Part shown: piece after piece, positions 1-12,549 of the stretch
How the letters are laid out: each line of letters starts with the position of its first letter
Numbering within the stretch: the stretch's first letter is position 1
NCBI RefSeq assembly: GCF_037042905.1
Contig: NC_087258.1
Coordinates: forward strand, 25,854,001 to 25,918,000
Length of the DNA stretch: 64,000 bases
Origin: Lytechinus pictus
Lineage: Eukaryota
Direction of reading: 5' to 3'
Position numbers and translations under genes: made by a program
The notes under the pieces: model-generated
What the model saw: the letters and a program-made list of their open reading frames with translations, nothing else
What the model was told of the DNA's origin: nothing
Database searches by the model: none

Positions 1-2232
1 TTTCCAATTTTTGCTAAATTATCTACGAACAAAAGTGTCAATAAAGAAACATTTAATCCTACATTCCGAAAGATAACTGACGACAACATAACCAATTTGA
101 TTAATGATTTAAACATAACAGACTGGTCTACTGTATATGACTCATCGGACGCTGACGATGCATACAACTGTTTTATTACCATACTAACATCTTCTCTAGA
201 TACCCATGTTCCCCTTACAACTAACAGAAGATCAAATTATAAAAAGATCCCTATCCACCCTTGGATTACTAAATCACTCTTAAGATCCATCAACCGCAAG
301 AACAATTTATATTATAAATACATAACTAAACCAAGTGATACATCTCGCTACAAGTACACTTCATATAAAAACACTCTTACATCTTTACTCCGTATTGCGA
401 AAAAAGAATATTACACTTCTCAACTCGATTTATACAAAAATGATATGAAGAACACATGGAAAATCATCAATGGGGCATTAAACAATAAAAAGAAGAGTTC
501 TACAATTACAAAAATAAAATCAAACAATACCATCACTGATGACAATAAAATAATAGCAAGAGAGTTTAATTCATATTTTTCACAAGTTGGCAACAATTTA
601 GCAAGCAAAATTCCTCAAACGAATAAATCTTACAACAATTTTCTCGACAACCCAAACCCAAACTCCATATTTTTTAATCCTACAAGTTCAAGAGAAATTA
701 TAAATATTGTTAACAGTCTGCAGTCCAAAAAGTGCCCGGGATTTGACGGTATTTCCAACTTCCTACTTAAGAAAATTATTTTGGCTATCGTCGATCCTTT
801 GGTGCATACTTTTAATATTTCTTTGAACACAGGAAAGGTACCCAATCTTATGAAAATCGCAAAAGTAGTCCCTCTTTTTAAAAAAGGAGATAATCAGCTA
901 GTCTCCAACTACCGTCCCATATCATTGCTCACCTCATTATCGAAAATTCTTGAAAAACTTGTCCATACACGAACTAGTACGTTCTTTAAAAAAAACAATA
1001 TCTTTTCGGACTTTCAGTTTGGGTTTCGCGAAAATCACAGCACCTCGCATGCAATTTTATCTTTCATTAACAAAATCACTACTTCCACTGATAAAGGCTG
1101 TCATACTGTCGGTATTTTCCTGGACTTCTCCAAGGCCTTCGACACCATTAACCACGAAATCCTTTTGCATAAACTATCTCACTACGGTATTAGGGGGAAG
1201 GCCTTGGAGTGGTTCAAGAGCTACCTTACAGATAGGACTCAGTTTGTATCAATAAATAATCACAATTCATCCAACCTTCCAATTACATGCGGGGTACCAC
1301 AGGGTAGCTTACTTGGCCCTCTTCTTTTTATCACATACATCAATGACATCCACAAAACTTCAAATTTACTTTCATTCATACTTTTTGCTGATGATTCCAA
1401 CATTTTCTTTTCTCATGATAACATAAACCAACTTATTAGGATTGTTAACTCTGAACTCATGCATGTGACTGAATGGATCAAGGCAAATAAACTCTCACTT
1501 AACTTACAAAAGACCAATTACATGTTATTTAGTAATAGAATAAATAGTTTGCCCGACAATCTCATTTTTGAAAACACTGTCCTTGAAAATGTCTCTGAAA
1601 CAAAATTCTTGGGTGTACTTATTGATAATAAATTATCATGGAAACCACACATCGACAATATATGCAAAACAATTTCAAGAAATATTGGAATTATCAACAA
1701 GCTCAAATTTTTTCTTCCATCTCGTACACTACTTACACTATATCACACCTTAATATTACCATACATTAATTACGGTATTTTGGCATGGGGTTGTGCAATT
1801 CAAACACAATTACATAGGATACTCTTGTTACAGAAAAAAGCACTTAGGATAATATTTCATACACATTTCAGATGTCACACAGATAAATTATTTTTTGAAA
1901 ACAAAATCCTTAAAGTTAATGATATATATCTGTTCCAACTCGGCCAATTTATGTACAAACTAAATAAAGATGATCTCCCCGCAATTTTTTCATTTATGTT
2001 CTGCAAAAACTCCTCTGTACACGATTATCCTACAAGACAACAAAACTCTTATCACCTACCTCCAACCCGAACTTTACTTGCAAAAAATTCTTTTGTCTTT
2101 TCTGGTCCCGTATATTGGAATTCCTTGCCCAACGCCTTTAAGGAATCCCCAAGTATCACAATTTTTAAACATAACCTTAAAAAGATGCTTATTTGCCAAT
2201 ACTTTACACAAACAAGTCAATCTACCATATAA
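1..2232 (+). CDS. LINE ORF2 (end of endonuclease region + reverse transcriptase), CR1/L2-group non-LTR retrotransposon; 5'-truncated by window
   Basis: Frame is open from base 1 (FPIF...) to TAA at 2232. RT motifs: NYRPISLL, QFGFR, FLDFSKAFDT, GVPQGSLLGP, FADD, KFLGV. Confidence 0.95.
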   Translation, partial: FPIFAKLSTNKSVNKETFNPTFRKITDDNITNLINDLNITDWSTVYDSSDADDAYNCFITILTSSLDTHVPLTTNRRSNYKKIPIHPWITKSLLRSINRKNNLYYKYITKPSDTSRYKYTSYKNTLTSLLRIAKKEYYTSQLDLYKNDMKNTWKIINGALNNKKKSSTITKIKSNNTITDDNKIIAREFNSYFSQVGNNLASKIPQTNKSYNNFLDNPNPNSIFFNPTSSREIINIVNSLQSKKCPGFDGISNFLLKKIILAIVDPLVHTFNISLNTGKVPNLMKIAKVVPLFKKGDNQLVSNYRPISLLTSLSKILEKLVHTRTSTFFKKNNIFSDFQFGFRENHSTSHAILSFINKITTSTDKGCHTVGIFLDFSKAFDTINHEILLHKLSHYGIRGKALEWFKSYLTDRTQFVSINNHNSSNLPITCGVPQGSLLGPLLFITYINDIHKTSNLLSFILFADDSNIFFSHDNINQLIRIVNSELMHVTEWIKANKLSLNLQKTNYMLFSNRINSLPDNLIFENTVLENVSETKFLGVLIDNKLSWKPHIDNICKTISRNIGIINKLKFFLPSRTLLTLYHTLILPYINYGILAWGCAIQTQLHRILLLQKKALRIIFHTHFRCHTDKLFFENKILKVNDIYLFQLGQFMYKLNKDDLPAIFSFMFCKNSSVHDYPTRQQNSYHLPPTRTLLAKNSFVFSGPVYWNSLPNAFKESPSITIFKHNLKKMLICQYFTQTSQSTI

Positions 2233-2786
2233 CCAAAACTATATAAAAAAACTTTTTTTTACCTCCCAGCATACAACTTGCCTGCCGACCTGTTTTCGTA
2301 CCTGCCATGTTCCTTGCACCTCCAATTGTACCTGCACCCCCTCTCTCCCTACATTTGCCTCTCTGTTCCTCCCTCATAATCACAATTATTGTAACCATAA
2401 TGTTATTTTTTTATTATTATTATTGTTATTACTATTATCATTTTTTTCTAATTTGGTTCACTCTTTCTTTGTTACTTTCGATATTTTGTATAACCTCCTT
2501 TTAAACTGTCTTCCGTCTCTCCTTTATACTATAGTTTTGTAATATACGTATTGAAACTAAGTTACGGGGGCTTGCCTCCCATACAAGCTTCGCTTTTCTT
2601 GGCAAGCCCCTCCGTTCTGTTTTATATAGTTATTATAGTCAAAGTTACTTTAGTTTGCATTAGTTCTCATTGTTTATACCTTATTCTGATTTATGTTGTA
2701 CTACTGTAAATTTTGACTATGTATTTGATTTTGTTGTGCTTTGTGAACGGAAAATGAATAAATCTAAATCTAAATCTAAATCTAAA
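1..2786 (+). mobile_element. CR1/L2-group LINE with 3' UTR, stem-loop and (TAAATC)n tail
   Basis: ORF2, T-rich 3' UTR, hairpin GGGGCTTGCC...GGCAAGCCCC at 2567-2610, and a TAAATC tandem tail at about 2759-2786. Confidence 0.9.
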
Positions 2787-2854
2787 GGTGATAGTGATGA
2801 CGTCTGGATATGAATCGTTCCATATGTTTATGACACGCTGAGAGATGTATCTTA

Positions 2855-3265
2855 AGGCCACTGCACACCTTACGATTGGTCTGCCACCCGATTTTGGAAT
2901 AGAACGTAATTTAATGCTCATATTGAGACACGGAATATCGCACTGTGTAATATTCTAAATCATCTAACAAATACCTATGCTCAAATATGTGACTATGCTA
3001 TCATTATCATTAAAATAAAAAAGAATTTAATATCTAGTCGAATTGACGTCATATCAATCGTACGATTGGATCGATTTGAAACTAATTTGGTCTTTACTCC
3101 AAAATATAGGCTTCCAATCATCCAAATTTGTTTTATCAATATTCTTTCAGTTAATTTGAACTTCAAATAAAGATATACTTTTTCATTCACATTTTCAGAA
3201 AATGAGCGAAATGCAATTCGTTCGAAAATCGGTCCGTGGACCAGTCGTAAGGTGTGCGGTGGCCC
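2855..3265. mobile_element. MITE, PIF/Harbinger-like
   Basis: TIRs GGCCACTGCACACCTTACGATTGGTC / GACCAGTCGTAAGGTGTGCGGTGGCC, flanked by TTA / TAA. Confidence 0.8.
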
Positions 3266-3291
3266 TAACATTGCTTCACCCCCTTTACAAG

Positions 3292-3388
3292 TTATTTTTT
3301 CACCGTTGATCTTGCCTGTGTCCTTGATTTGGGCATGGGTTGAGCTACAAAGTAAAGTATGACACAAGCCATAGCAATCTCAGTGACC
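3292..3388 (-). CDS. PRRT3/PRRT4-like membrane protein, terminal coding exon (R|VTEIAMACVILYFVAQPMPKSRTQARSTVKK*)
   Basis: Acceptor cattctttgcAG at 3390-3389. Phase 2 matches the donor at 4627 (AG+G = Arg). The exon completes the last hydrophobic helix. Confidence 0.8.
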
Positions 3389-3445
3389 CTGCAAAGAATG
3401 AGAGACATAAAAATAGATGCAGCGTGATAAATTGGCTTAACATGC

Positions 3446-3940
3446 TTAAAGGAAAATGAAATTCTAGAATCAAGTTTGCTTTTATAAGAAAAAATAATCG
3501 AATAAGAGGAACGAAAGTTTGAGAACAATTGGAGGAAATATAAGAAAGTTTATGAGCTTTTGAATATTGAAATCACAATGCGTTATGGGCATCCTCACAT
3601 TGGCAATGCGATATGTCATGACACACTTAAATAATTCATTATATTTTTACTTAAACACCCACTTTTCAGATGTTTTTTTCCAAATACATTAGATGTTTTG
3701 GAATATATTATCAGTGTACAAATTAATGAGTTGCAATGATGTGTGACATCAAACATTTTGATCATTGCCTTGCCAAAGGGGCAATCTCCATAAAATCTCA
3801 ACTCGTAAAAATCTCATAACTTTCTTATCGTTTGTCTAATGTCATGGATGTGGGTGGCTCTCAAACTGTCAACGATCTTTATACCCCTTGATTTGTCTGT
3901 TTTCCACACAAGCTTATTAAGGATTTTATTCTTCTTAGAT
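3446..3940. mobile_element. Degraded TTAA-AGG-type (Kolobok-like) non-autonomous element in the intron
   Basis: Starts TTAAAGGAAAATGAA. Architecture resembles 54340-54830 and 62757-63090. Right end unclear. Confidence 0.4.
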
Positions 3941-4627
3941 TTCTTAAATCAAAAGCGTGTTATTAACGTATTTTAAATCGCACCATAGGGCCTACTTTTG
4001 AAAAAAATGCGATAATTTTTAATAGCCTGAAGTGCTTTCTCCATCGTTAAAATGACTTTGTTTTATTCATGAGCTAATTTCCGTATCGGAATTGAGATGA
4101 TATTTGCCACCAAAAGGTTCGGTGCCATACATGCCATAGGCGATAGGGGACAGTTGGTGACCGCCTAATACGATATTTCAAGTAATGCCAAAATGAAGAC
4201 AAATAGGAGGAGAATGTGATAATAGGCATACTAGTATTCTTTACAAGTGCTAAATATGATCAATTTCTTATTCCCATAAACACACTCGTTTTCCTTATCT
4301 ACATCAAAGTGCTTTTTTGTTAGTTTGATTTACCCTTTTTTGTCTTCCCTTTCCTTTTTTTCTCTTAAAATTAAATGTTGTTACTTAAAAATAAATGTTT
4401 CTTAAAAACAATTGTGCCGGCTCTTTTGCTATAATATTATATTTTTTATAAAAAAATTATGTGCACTATAATCATAAAGGCGCCAGGGAATTTGACAGAG
4501 GTTTGGGTTTGGAAAGGTGGAGGCGAAGAGGGCAACACGACCGTTTCATTTGATTGAAAAAAAGGTTTTCCCTCTTTTTTTTTTTTTTTTTTTGAAAAAA
4601 AAATATTTCAACAGAGATTGCACTTAC

Positions 4628-6360
4628 CTGAAGCAGTTATAGAAAACAAACAGCCAATATTCAGAATTCTTTAGGATGTGGGTACCGGGAAACACAGACA
4701 AGACGAAGAGAAGGTTGAGGATGGCTGCGATGCAACTGGTCAAAGTAGTAACCACCGTGATTCGGGTGACCTTCCTCGTCAGTCTCGCTCTCTTGCCCAT
4801 GTCTGTCGAGGTAGAATGAGCTGAACGACTGTTGCCTCGTTGAGGATGCTTCGGTTGTCCCGGAGGTCCAGTTTGCTTGGTTTTGATGCTCTGTCTCCGG
4901 TTGAAGGACAGCTTGTGACCTGAGTCCTGGTGTATTTTCATGTCCATTGTATTCTTGGAGTCACAATTGTAACTAGTTGGTCGGTGATCCGTAGTTTTAA
5001 TGGAGTCGCCATCTTTTGAAGTGGCAAAGTATTCAGATGACACGACGGAGAGTCCTTTGGTGTCATTCATTTCCATCTTGGCTCGGCTGCTGCCATATCG
5101 AGAGAGGGAAGAAAGAAAGTTTCTTGCAACACCGAACACTGTTGACCGAATAGGCTTACCAGGACCCGAAGCAGGAGAAGTCATGCCGTCGCAATTTCCG
5201 TTAGTATTCGTGTTTTTTGTGATTTCTTCCTTTGTCCCGACATCCAAGAAAGCAGGATCGAGCTGTTGCTGAGAGGAGGTTTTACTGACTTTATAATCAA
5301 GCTTTTCAAGATCATCGGGTTTGCCATCAATAGGCCTAATATAAGGATTTGTAAGTTGTGTGTTGCTGATTTTGTCGTAAGTATTGCCAAGTGTTCGATC
5401 AGAAGACGATTTGTCACAGTTTTCATCCATTGACTCTTCCACTTTACGTATGTTCATGTTCTCATCATTCTTGTTGTCTTTGCGAGCTGGCGAACGTCCT
5501 CTTGTTGAAATACTGACCAGAGTTTTCCCCGTCTCCCTGATCGCCTTGCTGATCCTGTACATCAGGACGATTGCAGAACAGCAGAGAAATATTTCCCAGA
5601 CGACGAAGAACCCATGGCACATCACAATCAACAAGATCTCATTTCGCGTAAGTTCGATTATTGCGCTGACGATGATCACCAAACCTAGGTGAGTGACGGC
5701 TATGGTGAAAAGCGCCCTCAAGCTCCTGCTGCGGGATTGCACCGTCAGTTTGACCTGTCCGACTTCACGAAGCACCCACAGGATCATCGCGAAGCAAGTC
5801 GTCATACATGGGAACGGGATATTGAAGAGGATATTGTTCACTACAACTGGAAAGAATCCCGACACATTGTAGGGATTTACAAAGAGATAGAGCGCCCTGA
5901 GCAGACATAAAATAACCACAAGGATATTGACAAACAGGAGGAACGGTTTGGTGTTGGATACTCTGCCCTGCTTTCTGCACAGCATGAGGATGGTTGATCT
6001 GACAGCGAAGATGGCAATCAACAAGAAGATTGCCCCTAGTCCATAGCAATGAAGATCCCACCAGATTCCAAAGGTGCTGGAAAAGTCATACTGCGGTTCG
6101 GCATCTGGTGTCTGGTTTCCAAAGAGATGACCATTTGGTCCATAATCGTTGACTTCAGGACCTGGCTCTCCAAAGATTTCAGGCTCTGTGCTGGGACCTG
6201 GCTCTCCAAAGATTTCAGGCTCTGTGTTGGGTTCTGGTTCTCCAAACATTCCAGGCTCTGCGCTGGGTTCTGGTTCTATGTTGGGTTCAGGTTCAACGGT
6301 CGGCTCAGGCTCAACATGGGTTTCTGGCTCAACGTTGATTTCCGGTTCTGGCTCAGCCAT
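4628..6360 (-). CDS. PRRT3/PRRT4-like multi-pass membrane protein, large coding exon
   Basis: 578-aa ORF with an EP-repeat N-terminus, WDLHCYGLGAIF, LRALYLFVNPY and NIPFPCMTTCF, five TM helices, a long Ser-rich loop, then TM6/7. Ends at donor AG|GTAAGT, so the ORF-track stop lies in the intron. An acceptor TTTTTATAG sits 6 nt upstream of the ATG, so an earlier exon exists. Confidence 0.85.
6150..6357 (-). repeat. Coding minisatellite (18/36-bp units encoding EPE/EPG repeats)
   Basis: Repeated GGTTC/GGCTC units. GGACCTGGCTCTCCAAAGATTTCAGGCTCTGTG occurs twice. Confidence 0.85.
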
Positions 6361-6444
6361 TACGTACTATAAAAACAAACAAACAGACGTTGAACCAATC
6401 GAATAGGCAAATATTTTTTATAAAAGAAAAATGTAAATGAAAAC

Positions 6445-6606
6445 CTGGAGAGCGTTTCATGAAAGGACTTTTCAGATGTCAGGCGACGAATGTTTCAGCT
6501 GACCGTACACTGTAGGAACTGTGTTTCTGATTGGCCGTCAAAATCAAGGAAAGTTGTCAGATCTGACAACATGACGGACTATAACTGTTGATGAAACGCT
6601 CTACTG
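6445..6606. mobile_element. Harbinger-like MITE (same family as 45207-45363)
   Basis: GAGCGTTTCATGAAAGGACTT ... GTCAGATCTGACAAC ... TTGATGAAACGCTC. Confidence 0.75.
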
Positions 6607-6609
6607 CAT

Positions 6610-7316
6610 TGGTTAACAGAAAAAAATACTTATATACGTCGGCTGATTTGTTCGCAAGTCTTAAATGGATGACACTAGACAAACGATTTGAGCTCAGTCG
6701 CGTTTTGATGATATATAAATGTGTTCATAATACAGCACCTTCTTACCTTCAGGTAAACTTAACCAATCCAAATGATGTACATGAACATCATACCAGACAG
6801 AGAGACAGTGGATATTTACGCGTGCCCAAGCTTCGCACTGATTGTTATAAGTGTAGTCCAATTGTTTCTTCAATATTTGAATGGAATAAGCTCGATAATT
6901 CAATTAAAACAGCTCCTTCTGTCATTTCATTTAAGAGAATGTTTAAAAGAACTTGCAATTTATAAATAACTTGCGGAACATCCACTGTTGTGCGTATTTT
7001 GTGTTAGCATGACCTTGATGATTTGGTGTATATCATTAGTATTTTCAAGATGTCATTCTTAGTTAATTTGATTTATTGATATTTGATTATACGTCAAACG
7101 AGTGTCCGTCTGCGTTTTGTTTGCTGCTAAGTTTGTTAATGTTTCGTTTTACATTCAAATCCTAATGTGAATTTTAATGCCGTAACATTCTGTACATACG
7201 TTATGCATTTTGTAAATATGTTTATTGTTATTCAGGGCCCCATGGAAGACCACTACTTATTGGTGAATGGGCTACCCTGTCAAAATATCAGAAATAAATA
7301 AATAAATAAATAAATA
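6610..7316 (+). mobile_element. 5'-truncated LINE 3' end with (AAAT)n tail
   Basis: ORF2 C-terminus (LFASLKW..APSYL..H.HHTR..WNKL..SFKR), hairpin CAGGG...CCCTG at about 7233-7279, and an AAAT tail. Confidence 0.85.
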
Positions 7317-8775
7317 TAGATGATAATTATTTAATTATATCTACAAAATTACATCATATGAACAGTGGGCCTAATTAATTTCGAGATTGCCTCATTTAGT
7401 TTCAATACCGACAGAACATTGAATGATTTTTGTTTTAACACATAAATATATTTTTGGAAACGATGGACATCATAATGAAAATGTTTTCCATGAACCACTA
7501 AAATGCCACACTGTGTTAAACGTTACTCCTATCAGCAGATTTTGATGAATGACAATAAGCGATATGGATCTACCGATAGATGCACAGTTACACCAACAAA
7601 AACGATTATTTTTTTTACATCATGGAATGGTATGTCATTGATAAGAACGTAAGCTGTGATCGGTCTGGAGTTGGTCCCGTATGACTGTGGCGTGAAAGGC
7701 CAAGAAGCTTAATTGAATATGCATTCCATACCTTGGTGATTATCAAACATTGCGGTATTCTTCCCGCGCTTGAAATCAGTCGATAATTGTTCCGTTTACT
7801 TTATCGATCGATTGCTCATACGAATGATCAACGATTGCTTAATTAACTTTGCATAATAGGTTTTAATTCCAATTAAGACCGAAAGCTCTGGACTAAAAAA
7901 AAGAATCGGATCGGCAATATGTAATAAGGTACAGCTAAATTGTGCGTTTTATTCCCATAAACATGATAAAGCGAATTGATTCGAAATTCCAATGAAACAG
8001 AGGTCGTATTTCATATTTCAAAGTACGTGAAAATTTACCATCCTATACTGTATCAATCAATATTTTTTTAAACATACACATTTGAGGTGTTTACTCATAC
8101 TTCAAGTAAAAAAGAAATAGTGCACAAGGACGAAACTACTGACTTATTAACCCAATGTTCAAATGAAGGTTTTATGCTAACCATTTCAGTCAACATTATA
8201 CGGCATATTCTATTTTAAAAACTCCGACTCTACTAATGAAACCTCAGAAACTGATAGTGGTACAGCTTCTTGATCAATTAAAGTACGATCATCACTAACC
8301 TATATTTTAAAGAGCATTTTCACTAATTTTTCCACTAATAGTATGAAGAAGAATGGGGAATATTGCGGGGGTGGAATTAATCTTTATTTACTCTTATTAA
8401 CAATATAAAATTAATCAATAAAGAAAGAAAGACGTCAAATGTGTTTTCTCTGGACTGAAGGGTGATAGAACTATATGAGTGAAATCAAATCGTGGGAAGA
8501 CTAGCATATTATACATGTATCCTACAGGGGGCAGGGACAAAAGGGCGATCGCCCTTTTGATTTTTGATGAAACAAATGATAGAAGAAATATAAAGAAAGT
8601 CGGGAAAAGTAGAATATGGAAACATGATGCCTTGCTGGTAAAACTATAACCCCTTTCTTTAAAAAAATTCCATTCCCTTGTTCAATATTGCGAAAGTCGC
8701 TTTCAGCCTCCATGTTATTTTTCAGACAAGTTTACTATACCTCCTCATACACCTCCTGCATAGACCCGCTATAAA

Positions 8776-9610
8776 TTTCTTTGTGCGTTGTTGCAGGAAA
8801 TAAAGAACTAAGGAGCGGGTTATAATTATTGATAGGATTACTAATAATAACATTAATATAATGCTCGTATTAAGAGGGGAGATATACTAATAAGATAACA
8901 AAATAAAAACCTTGTAGCTAAACAGTATAATATCATGCGAGAAGAGAGGTTCTGAAGGAAAACATTAATTAAGGGATTTGTTTAAAGGCTCATCAGAATA
9001 ATGGAATTTCTTTCCATTTTCTCACAGGCTTTCATTGGCAAGCTTGGGATCTATTGCTATTGACAAGGTACTGTAATATTACAAACTCATCAGCCGATTT
9101 TTTTTGTTTGCTTAATAAATGCCCCTATTCTCCCCAAAGTTTACTTTTCTTTTTCCAATGTTTCAGAAGTCGCTTTCACCCTCAATGCTATTTCACAGAG
9201 AAGTTTTACCTTCACATACACTTCCCACAAACACATACACCCACACACACACACTCCTATGATTTCCTTTGCGCATTGTAGCAGAAATTGATAAAGAAAA
9301 AAGGGAGTGGATTATAATTAACTTATTAAAATAATATAATGCTCGTACAAAGAGAGGAGATATAATCACCAAAACCTTGTAGTTGAACAATAGAGTAAAT
9401 TACTTTTATGCGAGAAGAAAGGTTCTGAAGGATAACATTAATTACAGGATTTGTACAAAAAGGCTCCTCAGAACAATGGCAAGTTATTCCGCATTCTCAC
9501 AGAATGAGATGGATTTTCTATGAAAAAACCCACAGGATGAAAGAAATAGTTTGGGATGTATTGTTATTGACAAACTCATTAGTCGAGTTTTGTCTTCGTA
9601 ATAAATGCCA
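8776..9610. repeat. Diverged direct duplication (~350-bp units at ~8776-9125 and ~9262-9610)
   Basis: Shared blocks ATATAATGCTCGTA, AAAACCTTGTAG, TGCGAGAAGA.AGGTTCTGAAGGA.AACATTAATT, ACAAACTCAT and TAATAAATGCC. Confidence 0.8.
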
Positions 9611-12361
9611 ATTCGATGTAGACTAACTGCTGTTTAGGGAAAACCTAATGGGAATCAATGTGTAAATGTAAAGCATTCAGGGAGAACGGTAGATATGTAT
9701 TTATGAAACCTTCCTGTGAGCAATTATGACAAAACCATTGTATTTTATTTATGATTTGATACGCTACAACAATAACATGAATAACAAATGTACTAATTAC
9801 AATTATAATATTATTCACAATGCTGTGCAAATGAAGAGAAATATTACCAATAATGAGAAGAAATAGTAAAGAAATAAAGAGGATAATTAACAGTAGTGCT
9901 GTACTGATGCAACAATTACGGCATCAACAATTAAAGTTTATAAGTTAAGTATGATGTAACTATCTGAATTTATGCTAGTTACCTCTAGAAATAATCTGTC
10001 CATACAAGTTGGCGGTATCATGAAAATACCAATTTGAAAGTAAAGATATGTATATTTTTATACTGACATTTATATATTTATTTAGAGAAATATTAAATTA
10101 AATCATCAAGATATACTGACTGGGATTAAAATGAAACAATGATCAAGTTTTAAACAATTAGGACCAACGAATAATAGTTCCCCCCACTTACACATTAAAT
10201 CAAAGGGTTCATTGGTATAAAAAGCAGCATCGTTAAGACCAATTTTTTTAGTGGGCCGAAGACAGCTTATGGGGGCAAAATTTACAAATCTTTGAAAAAC
10301 TCCTAATATCCAATTGAACCCCTTTTCCTTTCTTTTCCTTTCCTTTCTTTTCTTTTCTATTCTATTCTATTCTATTATTTTCTTCTCTCTTTTTTCTTGC
10401 TTTCTATTCGTCAGTGGATCATTTGGGAGTCATGTACCGCCCAGCCTCTTTCATATAATATTGGGTATCATTTATGTCTATACCGCATGATGATATAATT
10501 ATAAGTCAATAAAACATTTTGGAGATGCGATCATTCATAATCTCTCTTTAAAGTTGGTCTCTTGGAACGTTATGGGTGTATAAAATAAATAGGCCTATTT
10601 TAATACTGATGGCCACCACACACATTATAATTTGATATGATGCATAGACAACGATCTTAGCGTATACTTATAATTCCATATGCGGGAGTGCGTTGGTGAA
10701 AAATTAAGACACACGGTACATAATTTACACACGACACACACGCATAGCCCCCCACACACTCACTTTCCAACAAACGATCATGAACGCCGCACTCGCAAAA
10801 TACTTACAAATCCATCACCCACATCCACACACACTCCCTGAACCTGGGCACTTTCAAAATATTCATACATCCTCCATGTTAGCCCCCCATTCCAACTGGC
10901 TTCTAGATATTACCTACATAAGACATTATGCCCCCCACACACGCACACACACCCCCACAAAAACTACCCTTTCTCTCATACCGATACACCCTCAGACACA
11001 CACAACCGTATTCATAAATCAATTTATCTATCATTCAGCACAAAACACACCCTCAAATACGCTCACGTTCACACACACAGGCGCGTGCACACTCCCCTAC
11101 ACCTTTTTGTGTTACATTACTACAAAATGCCTACATGTATATCAACAGTCAAAAAATCTATTTCAAATTGTTATACCCTATATAGCTCTTTTTACACGCT
11201 TTATCACTAAATGGGCATCAGACAGATACAAGACTATATGGGGTGGAAGTTTAAAAAAAGATAAACATATCAGCTTTTCATGATAAATTACAATGTTATA
11301 CATCCGACTTTACCCGGATGATGTATTATTTGAGAAAGACAAATATCCGCAATCAATGGTACCAGGAAATATGATAATCGAGGCATGCACATACGGATAG
11401 TTCACACATTATAACCTAAAATATCAATAAATGTAATAAAGGGATTTTTTTTTTAGGGGGTTACAAGGTCCTTCGAAACATAATGCGGGATGATATCATA
11501 TATCGCATTATTTCCAGTTAAATCTGTCAGCGAAAATCCCCCAAGATGATCATGAAATTGATAGCTTAAGGGGATTTTCAGACGAAAGTCTTTAATATTT
11601 TCAATATTTCTATTATTGTTACATTATATTTATCATTATTTTGACAGGGTTTTGCTGTTTTCATTTATTCATTTATCTATGTATCTAATTATATATATAT
11701 TTATTTATTTTTGTAACAGATTTAGATGAAATGGAAAACATCCTATCGGTTTTATTTTTCTCATAGGGCAATTCGGCCTACCCTTTTTTTTTTGGGGGGG
11801 GGGGGCTTCGGATAAACAGACCCAATAATTGGGAAAATGTTTACGATGCAAAATGCATTTTATATTGCATGATGCCCCGGATTAAGTTCGAAATATCACA
11901 TACTTTTCTGCTCCAGGAGAGGGGTAAATAAAATTTGTATTTACACAGTATGTCCTACTTCTGAGGGGAACGCTATGCAAGATTCAGATAAAGGTAAAGT
12001 ATTTTGGAAATACATTGACGTGTTTTAAAGTAAGTTTAATTGACAAAATAATTTTTTTACAGACAGGAAATGTCACTCCAGACTGGTATGTAGGGCATTT
12101 AAAATGTTAAGCTGCCTTCATATTCTTCAAACCGGACAGTGGCCTAATGAGCAAAAAAAATAAATAATAAATAGGGGGCCAGACATGCGTACAGGCATTT
12201 TCATTTGACCTTTTTCATACAAAAAATTATTCCGTGATAGATTTTACATATGAATATTCAGAAAATGATATCGCATTTCACTCTTTTCTCTTTCCTTTTC
12301 TTTTTCTCTTTTTTTTCTTAGTGGAGAAACGTCTGGGGGTCCATCTATATGACAGTGAAAC

Positions 12362-12549
12362 CTGGGGCACGTCTTACAAAGAGTTACGATTGATCTAATC
12401 AACAGTGTCATAATTTTTTATACAGGAAATTTGCACAATGTCCTTTGTCAACAAAGAGAAGCGCAGTGAATTTTCAAGAAAACAATGAATGCATGAATAT
12501 ACATGTGATTGTTCGGATCAATCGTAACTCTATGTAAGACGGGGGCCAG
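12362..12549. mobile_element. Harbinger-like MITE
   Basis: TIRs CGTCTTACAAAGAGTTACGATTGATC / GATCAATCGTAACTCTATGTAAGACG, CTG/CAG flanks. Confidence 0.75.

Noticed and set aside
1970-2542. 190-aa ORF overlapping the LINE end
   Set aside because: Alternative frame running into a low-complexity 3' UTR.
5000-6406. Plus-strand ORFs overlapping the PRRT-like exon (also antisense ORFs at 22243, 33732, 48088 and 63537)
   Set aside because: Shadow ORFs of real coding sequence with no independent support.
10780-11283. 167-aa His/Thr-rich ORF
   Set aside because: Derived from CA-rich low-complexity sequence.
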